From contig JBAWWL010000001.1 in assembly GCA_037146775.1 (NCBI GenBank), positions 197,464 through 261,463 of the forward strand: a stretch of 64,000 nucleotides of DNA, in the 5' to 3' direction. Positions within the stretch are counted from its first letter, which is position 1. Every line of letters begins with the position of its first letter. The position numbers and the translations under genes were made by a program. Shown piece by piece: positions 20,304 to 29,329 of the stretch. The notes beneath the pieces are model-generated. The model had not been told where the DNA came from. It did no database searches and was given only the letters and a program-made list of their open reading frames with translations. This DNA comes from Candidatus Omnitrophota bacterium. GTDB lineage: Bacteria > Omnitrophota > Gorgyraeia > Duberdicusellales > 4484-171.

Positions 20304-21378
20304 TTTTGGACAGAATATATATTCCTATCGATCCGATGATTATATTAGGAAGCCACATGCCCAAGAGGGGAGTGATTTTGCGGTATTCGATAAGCGCTTC
20401 CGCGGGGATAAACAGGAGAAAATAACTCATAGCGGTAACCGCAGCAATACCAAAATTAATAGATTTTTCCCGGTGCCGTACAAGGAGAGAAACCCCGAAG
20501 CCTAACAGGGTGAAAACTATCATCGAAAAGGAAAGGCTTACGCGTTTGTGCAGTTCCGTGAACAATTCTAACGGGCTGATCCCTTTTTTTTGCAAATAAT
20601 CTATTTTTTCTATAAGCTCTTTAACGCGCATATCCGCCGGCTTTTTTTCGATTTTGACGTTCTTTTTGTCGGAAATAGGAAGATCGACAAAAAATACCTG
20701 GAAATTCAAACGGTATAGTTCCTTCTTTTTATCCGAAGAATTTTCGTCACGAAAGCCGTTTTCCAGTTTCATTTTCAGGATGTTTTTTTCTACGACAAAC
20801 TCGCCTTTTTTTGCATAGGTAACCCTGCTGATGCCTTCTTTGTCGTTTACCTCGTACACAAACACATTCTTTAATTTGTTGCCGTCCTTATCCGAAACGT
20901 AGAGAATATAGTTAGGAAATGATTCCAGGAAGGTACCGGGCTCTATGAGCGCATTGATATTTTTCGAATACATTGTTTTCATCTGGGTGCGATACATATA
21001 GTGAAAATAGGGGTCTACTTTATCGTTGAGGATGTACAAACAAAGAGACAGTATGAATCCTAAAATCAGAAACATCTGCAAAAGCTTAAGTGACGAAATT
21101 CCCGCTACATTGATGGCGACGATTTCGTTGTCGGAAATCACCCTTCCCATAGAAAGTAAAATGCCGAATAAAAAAGAGAACGGCAAGGTATAGCGCAGCA
21201 GATTTACAAGAAAGGGGGAACACATTTTTAGGGCGTCGAGCATGTTGACCCCTTTCTGCAGCACCAGTTGCGAGGCCATCATAAGATTGATGAGCAGCAT
21301 CAACAAGCTTGCGAATAAAAGAGAGAAAATAAAGGTGATAAAGAAATCTTTTAAAATATAAGTACGTATGATTTTCAT
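20287..21378 (-). CDS. lptF: LPS export permease LptF/LptG family (YjgP/YjgQ)
   Basis: Paralogue of the previous gene; overlaps it by 17 bp. Confidence 0.7.
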   Translation of the reverse strand: MKIIRTYILKDFFITFIFSLLFASLLMLLINLMMASQLVLQKGVNMLDALKMCSPFLVNLLRYTLPFSFLFGILLSMGRVISDNEIVAINVAGISSLKLLQMFLILGFILSLCLYILNDKVDPYFHYMYRTQMKTMYSKNINALIEPGTFLESFPNYILYVSDKDGNKLKNVFVYEVNDKEGISRVTYAKKGEFVVEKNILKMKLENGFRDENSSDKKKELYRLNFQVFFVDLPISDKKNVKIEKKPADMRVKELIEKIDYLQKKGISPLELFTELHKRVSLSFSMIVFTLLGFGVSLLVRHREKSINFGIAAVTAMSYFLLFIPAEALIEYRKITPLLGMWLPNIIIGSIGIYILSKNAHFR

Positions 21379-22079
21379 ATGGTTTTTGCCAATGTTATGA
21401 CCGTAATTTCTTTGGCGCCGTTTTCTTTGAGTGTGCGGCTTGCTTCCTGCACGGTTGCTCCGGTTGTAAAAATATCATCGATGATTATGATACGTTGATT
21501 CTCCACTTGTTTTTGTATACCGAATATGCCCTTGACGTTATCTTGGCGTTGTTCTTTTTCGAGTTTGGTTTGAGAGATCTTTATTTCTTTAACATAGATT
21601 ATATCATCTTTACAGGAAATGTTAAAATAATTTGCTAATGCATGAGCCAACAAGGAGGATTGGTTATAACCTCTTTCGCGCAAATTGGAGGCGTGCATGG
21701 GGATGGGAACCAAGTCGCAGCCGGCCAAGGTGACACCGATTTTTGCTAGGTGCGTTATCATCAGAGTAGCGAAAAACCCGGCCAGATAATCGCAATTTTT
21801 ATACTTAAAGAGATGAATCAGGTTAACTAATGGTTCCTTGTATAAAGCGACGCTTATTATTCTGTCATAAGGAATATTTCCGGCTATACAATTTGCGCAT
21901 AGTCCTGTTTTATTGTTTTCTATGGATTGTGCGCAAGCGCGGCAGCTGGGCGGATAGACGTATTCGATAGCTTCCTGGCAGGCAGGGCATAGATAGCCTT
22001 CGTTGATCTTTTGTTCGCATTGGAAACATAATGATGGCAATAGAATGTCTTTTGCCGCGGCTACATACTGTCCAAACAT
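21375..22079 (-). CDS. comF: ComF-family protein (zinc-ribbon + phosphoribosyltransferase domain)
   Basis: N-terminal double CxxC zinc ribbon (CFQCEQ...CPACQE...CRACAQ...CANC) and a C-terminal PRTase motif IIIIDDIFTTGAT. Its first 144 codons lie inside repeat copy 1. Confidence 0.75.
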   Translation of the reverse strand: MFGQYVAAAKDILLPSLCFQCEQKINEGYLCPACQEAIEYVYPPSCRACAQSIENNKTGLCANCIAGNIPYDRIISVALYKEPLVNLIHLFKYKNCDYLAGFFATLMITHLAKIGVTLAGCDLVPIPMHASNLRERGYNQSSLLAHALANYFNISCKDDIIYVKEIKISQTKLEKEQRQDNVKGIFGIQKQVENQRIIIIDDIFTTGATVQEASRTLKENGAKEITVITLAKTI

Positions 22080-22126
22080 AGCCCTTATTGTACGGTATTT
22101 CTTTTTGATTGTAAAACCATTTTTAT
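21643..22126. repeat. perfect 484-bp direct repeat, copy 1 (comF 5' portion plus 47 bp upstream)
   Basis: Base-for-base identical to 23044-23527 by direct comparison of the two stretches; the flanking bases differ on both sides. Confidence 0.9.
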
Positions 22127-22350
22127 ATCAGGTAGCTTACGTTGGCGGTGTAAACAAAATAATTAGCATCCACTATACTGAAACCTTGGGAATTAAGATT
22201 ATGGTAAGGTTATCTTTCTTAATTATTTTTTTATTTCTTGCTGTTATCCCCGGCATGTCTTTTCTTGCAATAATAAAGTTTTACATGTAGACTATTTCTT
22301 TAAGTTTGTATAGAATTATCGTATGAAATAGTTAAAAAGGAGAGGTTTCT

Positions 22351-23046
22351 ATGATTTCATTAAAACGATATAAAGTCGCTCAAGACGCAGAGAGAAATTC
22401 CCACCATTTAAAAAAAGATATCAACATTCTTGAAAGAAGAACTACTTCTGCAAAAAAAGCAATTTTGCCATATTATGAATTGATGGAGAAGATGATCAAC
22501 ATAAATGAGCAAAGCAGGATAGTCGATGTTGGTAGCGGACCTACTTGCTTAGCTCGGTTCTTTAAAACAGGTAGAAAAGTTTACATAGATCCCTTGATGA
22601 ATTTTTATAAAGAATTTTATAAAGATAAAGTTCCTGATGATGGATTCCTCGTTAACGAGATGGCTGAGAAGACATCATTCCCCGATGAAACTTTTGATGT
22701 AGTTATATGCTACAATATGCTTGACCATGTTTTTGAGCCATGGAAGGTTATTGAAGAGATGAAAAGAATACTTAAACCCAATGGGTTAGTTTTGGCAGGC
22801 GTTTATATGCATAATCCTATAATGAAATTTTTAAGAATATTGGGCGAAAAATCGTGGATTTTCAAAGAAAGACCGCATCCTTATTCATTCTCAATAAAAG
22901 ATCTGCACACTCATTTTAAAGAAAACTTTATAATCAAAGTAGAAGATATAATTAAAGGCAAGGAATCCATATTAAATTTTAAAAGAAGATTTTATATTTT
23001 TATTTTGTCAAAACCGCCCAAAAATGTCAAACCTTCAAGCTCTTGA
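22351..23046 (+). CDS. class I SAM-dependent methyltransferase
   Basis: Motif I VDVGSGPTCLA and a Methyltransf_11-like core. RBS AAAGGAGAGG. The TGA stop is the first 3 nt of repeat copy 2. Confidence 0.7.
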   Translation: MISLKRYKVAQDAERNSHHLKKDINILERRTTSAKKAILPYYELMEKMININEQSRIVDVGSGPTCLARFFKTGRKVYIDPLMNFYKEFYKDKVPDDGFLVNEMAEKTSFPDETFDVVICYNMLDHVFEPWKVIEEMKRILKPNGLVLAGVYMHNPIMKFLRILGEKSWIFKERPHPYSFSIKDLHTHFKENFIIKVEDIIKGKESILNFKRRFYIFILSKPPKNVKPSSS

Positions 23047-23480
23047 GCCAACAAGGAGGATTGGTTATAACCTCTTTCGCGCAAATTGGAGGCGTGCATG
23101 GGGATGGGAACCAAGTCGCAGCCGGCCAAGGTGACACCGATTTTTGCTAGGTGCGTTATCATCAGAGTAGCGAAAAACCCGGCCAGATAATCGCAATTTT
23201 TATACTTAAAGAGATGAATCAGGTTAACTAATGGTTCCTTGTATAAAGCGACGCTTATTATTCTGTCATAAGGAATATTTCCGGCTATACAATTTGCGCA
23301 TAGTCCTGTTTTATTGTTTTCTATGGATTGTGCGCAAGCGCGGCAGCTGGGCGGATAGACGTATTCGATAGCTTCCTGGCAGGCAGGGCATAGATAGCCT
23401 TCGTTGATCTTTTGTTCGCATTGGAAACATAATGATGGCAATAGAATGTCTTTTGCCGCGGCTACATACTGTCCAAACAT
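22992..23480 (-). pseudogene. truncated comF copy (N-terminal zinc-ribbon domain only, 144 aa, plus a 19-aa unrelated tail)
   Basis: Identical to comF residues 1-144, then diverges into QELEGLTFLGGFDKIKI. It lacks the PRTase domain but keeps the comF start codon and upstream 47 bp. Confidence 0.6.
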
Positions 23481-23527
23481 AGCCCTTATTGTACGGTATT
23501 TCTTTTTGATTGTAAAACCATTTTTAT
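23044..23527. repeat. perfect 484-bp direct repeat, copy 2
   Basis: Identical to 21643-22126; offset 1401 bp. Confidence 0.9.
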
Positions 23528-23552
23528 CCGAACTGCCTATGCGCAAAATGCA

Positions 23553-23580
23553 TTGACACGGATGCGATTAATCTTATAAT
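23553..23580 (+). promoter_or_regulatory. candidate sigma70 promoter TTGACA-N16-TATAAT upstream of nifS
   Basis: Consensus -35 (23553-23558) and -10 (23575-23580) hexamers, 119 bp upstream of the nifS start. Confidence 0.4.
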
Positions 23581-23698
23581 AACCTACCATAAAGGTGCAT
23601 TATTTTTTTTGGTGTATGCGGGTATTTTGAAGCATGTGTGATGGTTCAGGTAACTTGAAAAGGCTTATCAAGGCAATAGGAAAGCAATGTAGAGGTAT

Positions 23699-24928
23699 TT
23701 GTTGCTAAAACTTAAAAAAAGCTCGAAAAAACGTCTTGAAACGCAAAGGCGGCGGTCACGAGGGAGGGCGGAAGTATATTTTGATTACAACGCGACAACT
23801 CCTCTGGATAAGAGGGTTCTGGAAAAAATGTTGCCCTATCTGGAAACTTTCTATGGAAACCCTTCCTCGATATATCGTTTTGCGCAAAGTGCACGCAAGG
23901 CCGTGGAAGATGCCCGGGAAAACATCGCCAAATTAATTTGCGCATCGCCCGAGGAAATTATTTTTACCTCCGGCGGTACCGAGGCAAACAATAGTGCCTT
24001 AAAAGGAATAGCTTTTTCTCAATGTTCCCGGGGTAAACATATTATTACCTCCGCAATAGAACACCAGGCTGTTTTGAATCCCTGCGGTTTTCTGAAAACG
24101 ATGGGTTTTGAGGTGAGCTATGTTGGTGTCGATGAGTACGGGATGGTGCGCTTAGATGAGTTAAAGAAGAATATAAGAGACGATACCATTCTAGTTTCGA
24201 TTATGCACGCTAACAACGAGGTGGGAACGATTCAGCCCATAGAAGAGGTAGGAAGTATTTGCAGGGAGCGGGAAATATATTTTCATACCGATGCAGTTCA
24301 AACTGCGGGTAGAATCCCTTTGAACGTGAAGGATCTGGGGGTTGATTTGCTTTCTTTTTCAGCTCACAAGCTGTATGGCCCAAAAGGGGTGGGAGCATTA
24401 TATGTAAGAAAAAAAACTCCTCTGCACCCGCTTATCCACGGCGGTAAACAGGAACGCGGTATGCGCGCAGGAACAGAGAACGTCGGCGGTATCGTGGGTT
24501 TTTCGGAAGCGGCAACAATTGCCGGGCAATATATGCAGCAAGATCAGGCGAGGGTGGGGGTGTTACGTAAGAAGCTGGAAGAGGGTATTTTGAAGTATAT
24601 TCCTGAAGTAAAAGTCAATGGACATCCAAAAAAAAGGTTATATAATACTTTAAATGTTTCGATAAAACATACGGAAGGCGAAAGCGTTCTGATTAACTTG
24701 GACTTTGAAGGTATTTGTGCTTCCGGCGGTTCTGCCTGCGCTTCCGGATCTCTGGAGGCCTCACACGTTCTTCTGGCCATGGGTTTATCTCCTGCACTTG
24801 CGCGGGGAGCGATACGTTTCAGCTGCGGAAGATATAACACCAAAGAGGAAGTAGACAGAGTTTTGAAGGTTTTGCCCTCTATCGTGGATAAGTTAAGGAG
24901 TATGTCGTCGTCCTGGCAGGGTAGGTAG
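23699..24928 (+). CDS. iscS: cysteine desulfurase (NifS/IscS class V aminotransferase)
   Basis: YFDYNATTP N-terminus, the PLP-lysine region SFSAHKLYGPKGVGALY and the active-site SGGSACAS. TTG start; the unusual basic N-terminal extension leaves the start uncertain. Confidence 0.85.
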   Translation: MLLKLKKSSKKRLETQRRRSRGRAEVYFDYNATTPLDKRVLEKMLPYLETFYGNPSSIYRFAQSARKAVEDARENIAKLICASPEEIIFTSGGTEANNSALKGIAFSQCSRGKHIITSAIEHQAVLNPCGFLKTMGFEVSYVGVDEYGMVRLDELKKNIRDDTILVSIMHANNEVGTIQPIEEVGSICREREIYFHTDAVQTAGRIPLNVKDLGVDLLSFSAHKLYGPKGVGALYVRKKTPLHPLIHGGKQERGMRAGTENVGGIVGFSEAATIAGQYMQQDQARVGVLRKKLEEGILKYIPEVKVNGHPKKRLYNTLNVSIKHTEGESVLINLDFEGICASGGSACASGSLEASHVLLAMGLSPALARGAIRFSCGRYNTKEEVDRVLKVLPSIVDKLRSMSSSWQGR

Positions 24929-24931
24929 TGT

Positions 24932-25846
24932 ATGGATAGCAAAGAAGCTTTAGTAAAGAAAATTTTAAAACTAAAAGAAAAAAGAAAAGCTGTTTTGCTG
25001 GCTCATAATTACCAGATTCCCGAAATCCAGGATTTAGCGGATTTTGTGGGGGATTCGCTGGAATTATCGAAGACTTCCAAGAACCTGGATTCTTCCCTTA
25101 TCGTTTTTTGTGGCGTTAGGTTTATGGCGGAGACGGCAAAAATTCTTTCTCCCCGCAAAAAAGTTCTTTTACCTGCCCTGGCGGCGGGCTGTCCTCTGGC
25201 GGATACGATTAACCTGGATGAGCTTTTACGTTTGAAAGCCACGCATCCCGATGCCTGGGTAGTAAGTTACGTAAATACTTCTGCTCAGATAAAAGCAGCC
25301 AGCGATGTCTGTTGTACTTCCGGTAATGCCGTTACGGTGGTCAAGAATGCACCTTCCCGAAAGATAATTTTTGTTCCTGACAAAAATTTAGGCTGGTGGG
25401 TACAAAAGAATGTTCCTGAAAAAAATATAATTCTCTGGCAGGGTTCCTGCTATGTCCACGAGCAGTTTACTTTAGAGGAACTGGAAGGAGCCAGAAAGAT
25501 ATTTCCTGACGCCCCAATTTTAGCTCATCCCGAATGCAGAAAAGAAATTTTGCAAAAAGCCGATTCCGTGGTTTCTACCGCCGGTATGCTCAAGTACGTA
25601 AAGCAATCTTCTTCCAAACGGTTTATCGTCGGGACAGAAGAGGGGCTGATCCATAAATTGAAGAAAGAGAATCCGGGTAAGGAGTTTTATTCTTTAGGTG
25701 CGGCGAAAATATGTGTGAACATGAAAAAAACCACTCTTCTGGAGCTTTATACATCTTTGGAGAAAGAAGTCCATGAGATCCATCTCGATAAAGAAATAAT
25801 AGAAAAAGCAACCATAGCTTTAGAGAGAATGGTGAGCTACACTTAA
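24932..25846 (+). CDS. nadA: quinolinate synthase A
   Basis: LLAHNYQ motif, Fe-S cluster cysteines and NadA-length domains. Confidence 0.85.
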   Translation: MDSKEALVKKILKLKEKRKAVLLAHNYQIPEIQDLADFVGDSLELSKTSKNLDSSLIVFCGVRFMAETAKILSPRKKVLLPALAAGCPLADTINLDELLRLKATHPDAWVVSYVNTSAQIKAASDVCCTSGNAVTVVKNAPSRKIIFVPDKNLGWWVQKNVPEKNIILWQGSCYVHEQFTLEELEGARKIFPDAPILAHPECRKEILQKADSVVSTAGMLKYVKQSSSKRFIVGTEEGLIHKLKKENPGKEFYSLGAAKICVNMKKTTLLELYTSLEKEVHEIHLDKEIIEKATIALERMVSYT

Positions 25847-25985
25847 CTAAAAATAGAGACCTGCAAATTTTTATAAATCAGAAATCCAATAGCTCGATTA
25901 TACTCACCATTAGTCCTAAAGCGAAGTCAAAAGATCAAATTTCAAACAAATCCAAAGTTAAAAACCAAAAATCCTTGCCGGCAGG

Positions 25986-26037
25986 CCCTCGGCTTCCCGA
26001 CTCGCCGAGGCGGACGCCGCGAGGCGAGCAGGCACGC
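25986..26037 (+). other. GC-rich structured island in an AT-rich intergenic region (hairpin CCTCGGC/GCCGAGG)
   Basis: About 80% GC over some 60 bp. 7-bp stem at 25987-25993 and 26004-26010 with a 10-nt loop, followed by GAGGCG repeats and A6/T5 runs. Possible nadA terminator or small structured RNA. Confidence 0.25.
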
Positions 26038-26130
26038 AAAAAAGTTTTTGGTTTGGAAAATTTAGGTTCTGGGTTTATTTATGGTTGAGGGTTTTTTGAT
26101 TTAGGTTTTATTTTTATTTACTTTTAAAAT

Positions 26131-27183
26131 ATGAAAAAGAAGATAGCGGTTGGCCTAAGCGGTGGGATTGACTCGAGTTTTGCCGCTTATCTCCTTGTCA
26201 GACAAGGCTGGGATGTGGTGGGTTTTACCTTGAAATTTTATCCCCAGGAGAATCGTTGTTGTGATTTGGATAGTCTCTATGAGGCTCAGAGGTTGTGCCA
26301 TAAGCTTGGTATCCCTCATTACGTGATAGATGCCGGAGAGTTATTCAAAAAAGAAATAATCGCTTATTTTATTGAAAGTTATCTAAAAGGAATGACCCCT
26401 AACCCTTGTGCATTTTGCAACCGTTTCATTAAATTCGGATACTTTCTTGAAAAGGCCAAATCCCTGGGTATTGATTATGTGGCTACCGGGCACTATGCCC
26501 GGATAGCGAAGAAAAAGGATGTATTTCTTTTAAAGCGGGCTAAAGATAATAAAAAATCACAGGAATATTTTCTTTCTTTGATAAAACCAGCCGTACTGGG
26601 AAAACTGGTTTTTCCCTTAGGTAACTATCTTAAAGAAGAGGTGAAGAAGATAGTCCAAAAAGAAAAAGTTATATTTAAACCAAGAAAAGAAAGCCAGGAT
26701 ATCTGTTTCGTGGAGGAGCAGTCATACGCGCATTTCATAGAGAAGAACACCTGTGATTTCAAACGTTATGAAGGAGATATCCGGCACGTAAACGGAACCG
26801 CGCTGGGAAAACACAAAGGTATTTATCGCTTTACGTATGGCCAGCGGGGAGGCTTAGGTATTGGCTGGAGTGAACCGCTTTACGTCGCAGCTATCGATGC
26901 GCGGACGAATACCGTTGTTGTAGGAGAAAAAAAATATCTTTATAAAGATATTTTTTTAGTGCAATCGTTGAATTGGTTTAGCCCGCCGGAAAAATATCGA
27001 ACCATTAAGGTGAAGATACGCTATAATAGTCCATGGTATGATTGTCGGCTAAAAATCGACGGCCAGGTTGTTACCGTTTCTCTTAAGGAAAAGGTTGCAG
27101 CGATTACTCCCGGGCAGATTGCGGTTTTTTATCATAACGATATGGTGGTGGGTGCGGGAATCATCTCTAAAAATACGGCATGA
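26131..27183 (+). CDS. mnmA: tRNA-specific 2-thiouridylase
   Basis: PP-loop IAVGLSGGIDSS, catalytic cysteines, and C-terminal barrel domains. Confidence 0.9.
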   Translation: MKKKIAVGLSGGIDSSFAAYLLVRQGWDVVGFTLKFYPQENRCCDLDSLYEAQRLCHKLGIPHYVIDAGELFKKEIIAYFIESYLKGMTPNPCAFCNRFIKFGYFLEKAKSLGIDYVATGHYARIAKKKDVFLLKRAKDNKKSQEYFLSLIKPAVLGKLVFPLGNYLKEEVKKIVQKEKVIFKPRKESQDICFVEEQSYAHFIEKNTCDFKRYEGDIRHVNGTALGKHKGIYRFTYGQRGGLGIGWSEPLYVAAIDARTNTVVVGEKKYLYKDIFLVQSLNWFSPPEKYRTIKVKIRYNSPWYDCRLKIDGQVVTVSLKEKVAAITPGQIAVFYHNDMVVGAGIISKNTA

Positions 27184-28055
27184 GCATGGGTGTGCAATGC
27201 CGGAATGTATCTATAAAAAAACATAATGATCGGCGTCACTGTCTTATGAATTCCTTAACGAAAAAATACACAAAACTTAAAAAAACTTTAAAGGGATTGG
27301 GTTCCGGTATTATCGCTTTTTCCGGCGGCCTCGACAGCGGCTTGCTGGCAAAAGTGGCACGTGACTGTTTAGGGGCAGAGGTTATCGCGGTAACGGCATG
27401 TTCTCCTACGTATCCCGCAGGCGATTTGCGCAAGGCCAAGATTATTGCGCGCGAAATAGGCATACGGCACCTCGTGGTCAAAACAGACGAATTCAAGGAT
27501 AAGAATTTTACGGCAAATTCCAGAAATCGTTGTTATTGGTGCAAGAAAAAACTTTTTTCGAAATTAAGGACACTGACGAGTCGTTACGGCTCCACCTATA
27601 TTATGGACGGTACCAATTTTGACGACAGAAGAGACCATCGCCCCGGGCTTATAGCCAACAAGGAATATAGCGTTAAAAGTCCTCTCTATGAATGCGGATT
27701 TACCAAAAAAGATGTTCGTAATTTGGCCAAGCTATTAAAGCTTTCTTTCTGGAATCAACCTTCGCAGTCATGTTTGTCATCAAGGATTCCTTTTGGGCAG
27801 GCGATTACTCTTTCGCGCATCGAACGGATTGGTCAGGCCGAGCGTATCTTGAGGAATTTTTTCGGCAATGATATCCTTTTGCGCGCCAGGGACCATAATG
27901 AGTTGGTACGTATTGAGCTGGAAAAGAAAGGGTGGACGCAGCTGGTAAAATCTGATATAAATAGATTGCTAAAAGGCCTAAAAAAGACAGGTTATACGTA
28001 CATAACTTTTGATCTGGAAGGATATATTCCGGCGGGCTTACGCAGGCAAAATTAA
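27180..28055 (+). CDS. LarE-like / TIGR00268-type PP-loop ATP pyrophosphatase
   Basis: PP-loop IIAFSGGLDSGLLA and the conserved CxxC...C region. ATGA overlap with mnmA. Confidence 0.6.
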   Translation: MSMGVQCRNVSIKKHNDRRHCLMNSLTKKYTKLKKTLKGLGSGIIAFSGGLDSGLLAKVARDCLGAEVIAVTACSPTYPAGDLRKAKIIAREIGIRHLVVKTDEFKDKNFTANSRNRCYWCKKKLFSKLRTLTSRYGSTYIMDGTNFDDRRDHRPGLIANKEYSVKSPLYECGFTKKDVRNLAKLLKLSFWNQPSQSCLSSRIPFGQAITLSRIERIGQAERILRNFFGNDILLRARDHNELVRIELEKKGWTQLVKSDINRLLKGLKKTGYTYITFDLEGYIPAGLRRQN

Positions 28056-28095
28056 CCGATTAAATGATTAACGGATCAGTTATTAAGGAGGGGCG

Positions 28096-28710
28096 ATGAA
28101 AGGCTTGGGTATTTTAGCTTTAGGATTTTTTTTACTCGTAGCGGCTGGTTGTTCATCCGCTCCGGTAGAGAGCCTTCTGATAGATAGCTTTGAAGGCGAG
28201 ATCAATAAACAGACTATAGACTACGGTACCTCCGAAGGAACGGTATTGATGGTGAGCGCGGATATACAACAGAAAGTATGCGGGGAGCAGTCGCTTAAGA
28301 TTGAGTATGATTTAAAACCTTCGGGTTATATGTGGATAGCGCGAGGATACAATTTAGACGTAAAAAGCGCGGCGCAGTGGCTTATTACACCGCAGCAGAT
28401 CGTATGGAAGAAATACAATGCTATTAGTCTGCAGATGTATGGGAGTAATTCCGGCAGTGTCGTCGCTTTTGATATAAAAGATGCCGGAGGAGAGGTCTGG
28501 CGGTTTTTGATTGATGACGATTTTAGCGGCTGGAAAGAAATTGTATGCCTATTTTCAGGATTTTTTGTGCGCAAAGATTGGCAACCAGAAACAGCACAAA
28601 AAAATGATACCATTGATTTTCCGATCATGAGTTTTCAGTTTGAACCGCGTTTACCCGGCAAGGGAATGTATTATTTTGATTGTGTAAAATTGGTACGTGT
28701 TAAAGAGTGA
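28096..28710 (+). CDS. hypothetical lipoprotein
   Basis: Strong RBS AGGAGG. Signal peptide with lipobox LLVAAGCSS. Confidence 0.55.
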   Translation: MKGLGILALGFFLLVAAGCSSAPVESLLIDSFEGEINKQTIDYGTSEGTVLMVSADIQQKVCGEQSLKIEYDLKPSGYMWIARGYNLDVKSAAQWLITPQQIVWKKYNAISLQMYGSNSGSVVAFDIKDAGGEVWRFLIDDDFSGWKEIVCLFSGFFVRKDWQPETAQKNDTIDFPIMSFQFEPRLPGKGMYYFDCVKLVRVKE

Positions 28711-28742
28711 TAAGGTTTGATTCGTAAAAAAGGAAAACAAGC

Positions 28743-29000
28743 ATGTCTGCTGAGTTTTTGGTCGCTAGCTGTCATTATATTGATGAAGTCGGCACTTTGA
28801 TTGGAGGAGAAGTCTTGAAAGGGCGGATTGAGGAGGGCGAATGGGGGGCAACCGCCTCTGGCAAAAAGTTTCTGGTGTCGAAAATGGAGTTTCAAGGCGA
28901 CCGCAGGGTCAGCGCGAGCGAGCATGAGAAGGTTAATCTCTATGCTATACATATTTCGCAAACGTATGTGCGGGCGGGAGACACTCTTTATTTTTATTAA
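28743..29000 (+). CDS. hypothetical small protein (85 aa); doubtful
   Basis: Only an ORF in the gap before the PqqD gene; weak RBS and no recognisable motif. Confidence 0.2.
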   Translation: MSAEFLVASCHYIDEVGTLIGGEVLKGRIEEGEWGATASGKKFLVSKMEFQGDRRVSASEHEKVNLYAIHISQTYVRAGDTLYFY

Positions 29001-29038
29001 GTACGCTGCGCATAGCTTATATCGCAAGGAGACACATA

Positions 29039-29329
29039 ATGGAAACTAAAAAGCAAAATCCGCTGGCGAACCCTTCTATCGTATTGCGCGAAGAATTCGA
29101 CGATTGGGCCCTTCTTTTTGACCCGGATACGAACGATATCTTCGCCATAGATCCGGTAGCGGTATTTATCTGGAAGCTTCTTAACGGGAAACGCAGCTGC
29201 AAGGCTATCCTGGAAGAATTAAAAGAGTGCTGCGACGATATACCCGAAGACGCCGGAACGTATGTGAATGATTTTATCCGGCAGTTGGAAGAGCGGGGTT
29301 TAGTTGGATATGAATCAACTCAAAACTGA
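29039..29329 (+). CDS. PqqD-family peptide chaperone (RiPP recognition element)
   Basis: 96 aa. Pattern VLREEFDDWALLFDPDTNDIFAIDPVAVFIWKLLNGKRSCKAILEEL...FIRQLEERGLV is typical of PqqD/RRE proteins. RBS AAGGAGA. Confidence 0.8.
   Translation: METKKQNPLANPSIVLREEFDDWALLFDPDTNDIFAIDPVAVFIWKLLNGKRSCKAILEELKECCDDIPEDAGTYVNDFIRQLEERGLVGYESTQN

Noticed and set aside
22003-22290. 95-aa + strand ORF spanning the comF start and the repeat/unique junction
   Set aside because: Overlaps the comF N-terminus on the opposite strand and crosses the repeat boundary. Hydrophobic low-complexity translation, so likely spurious.
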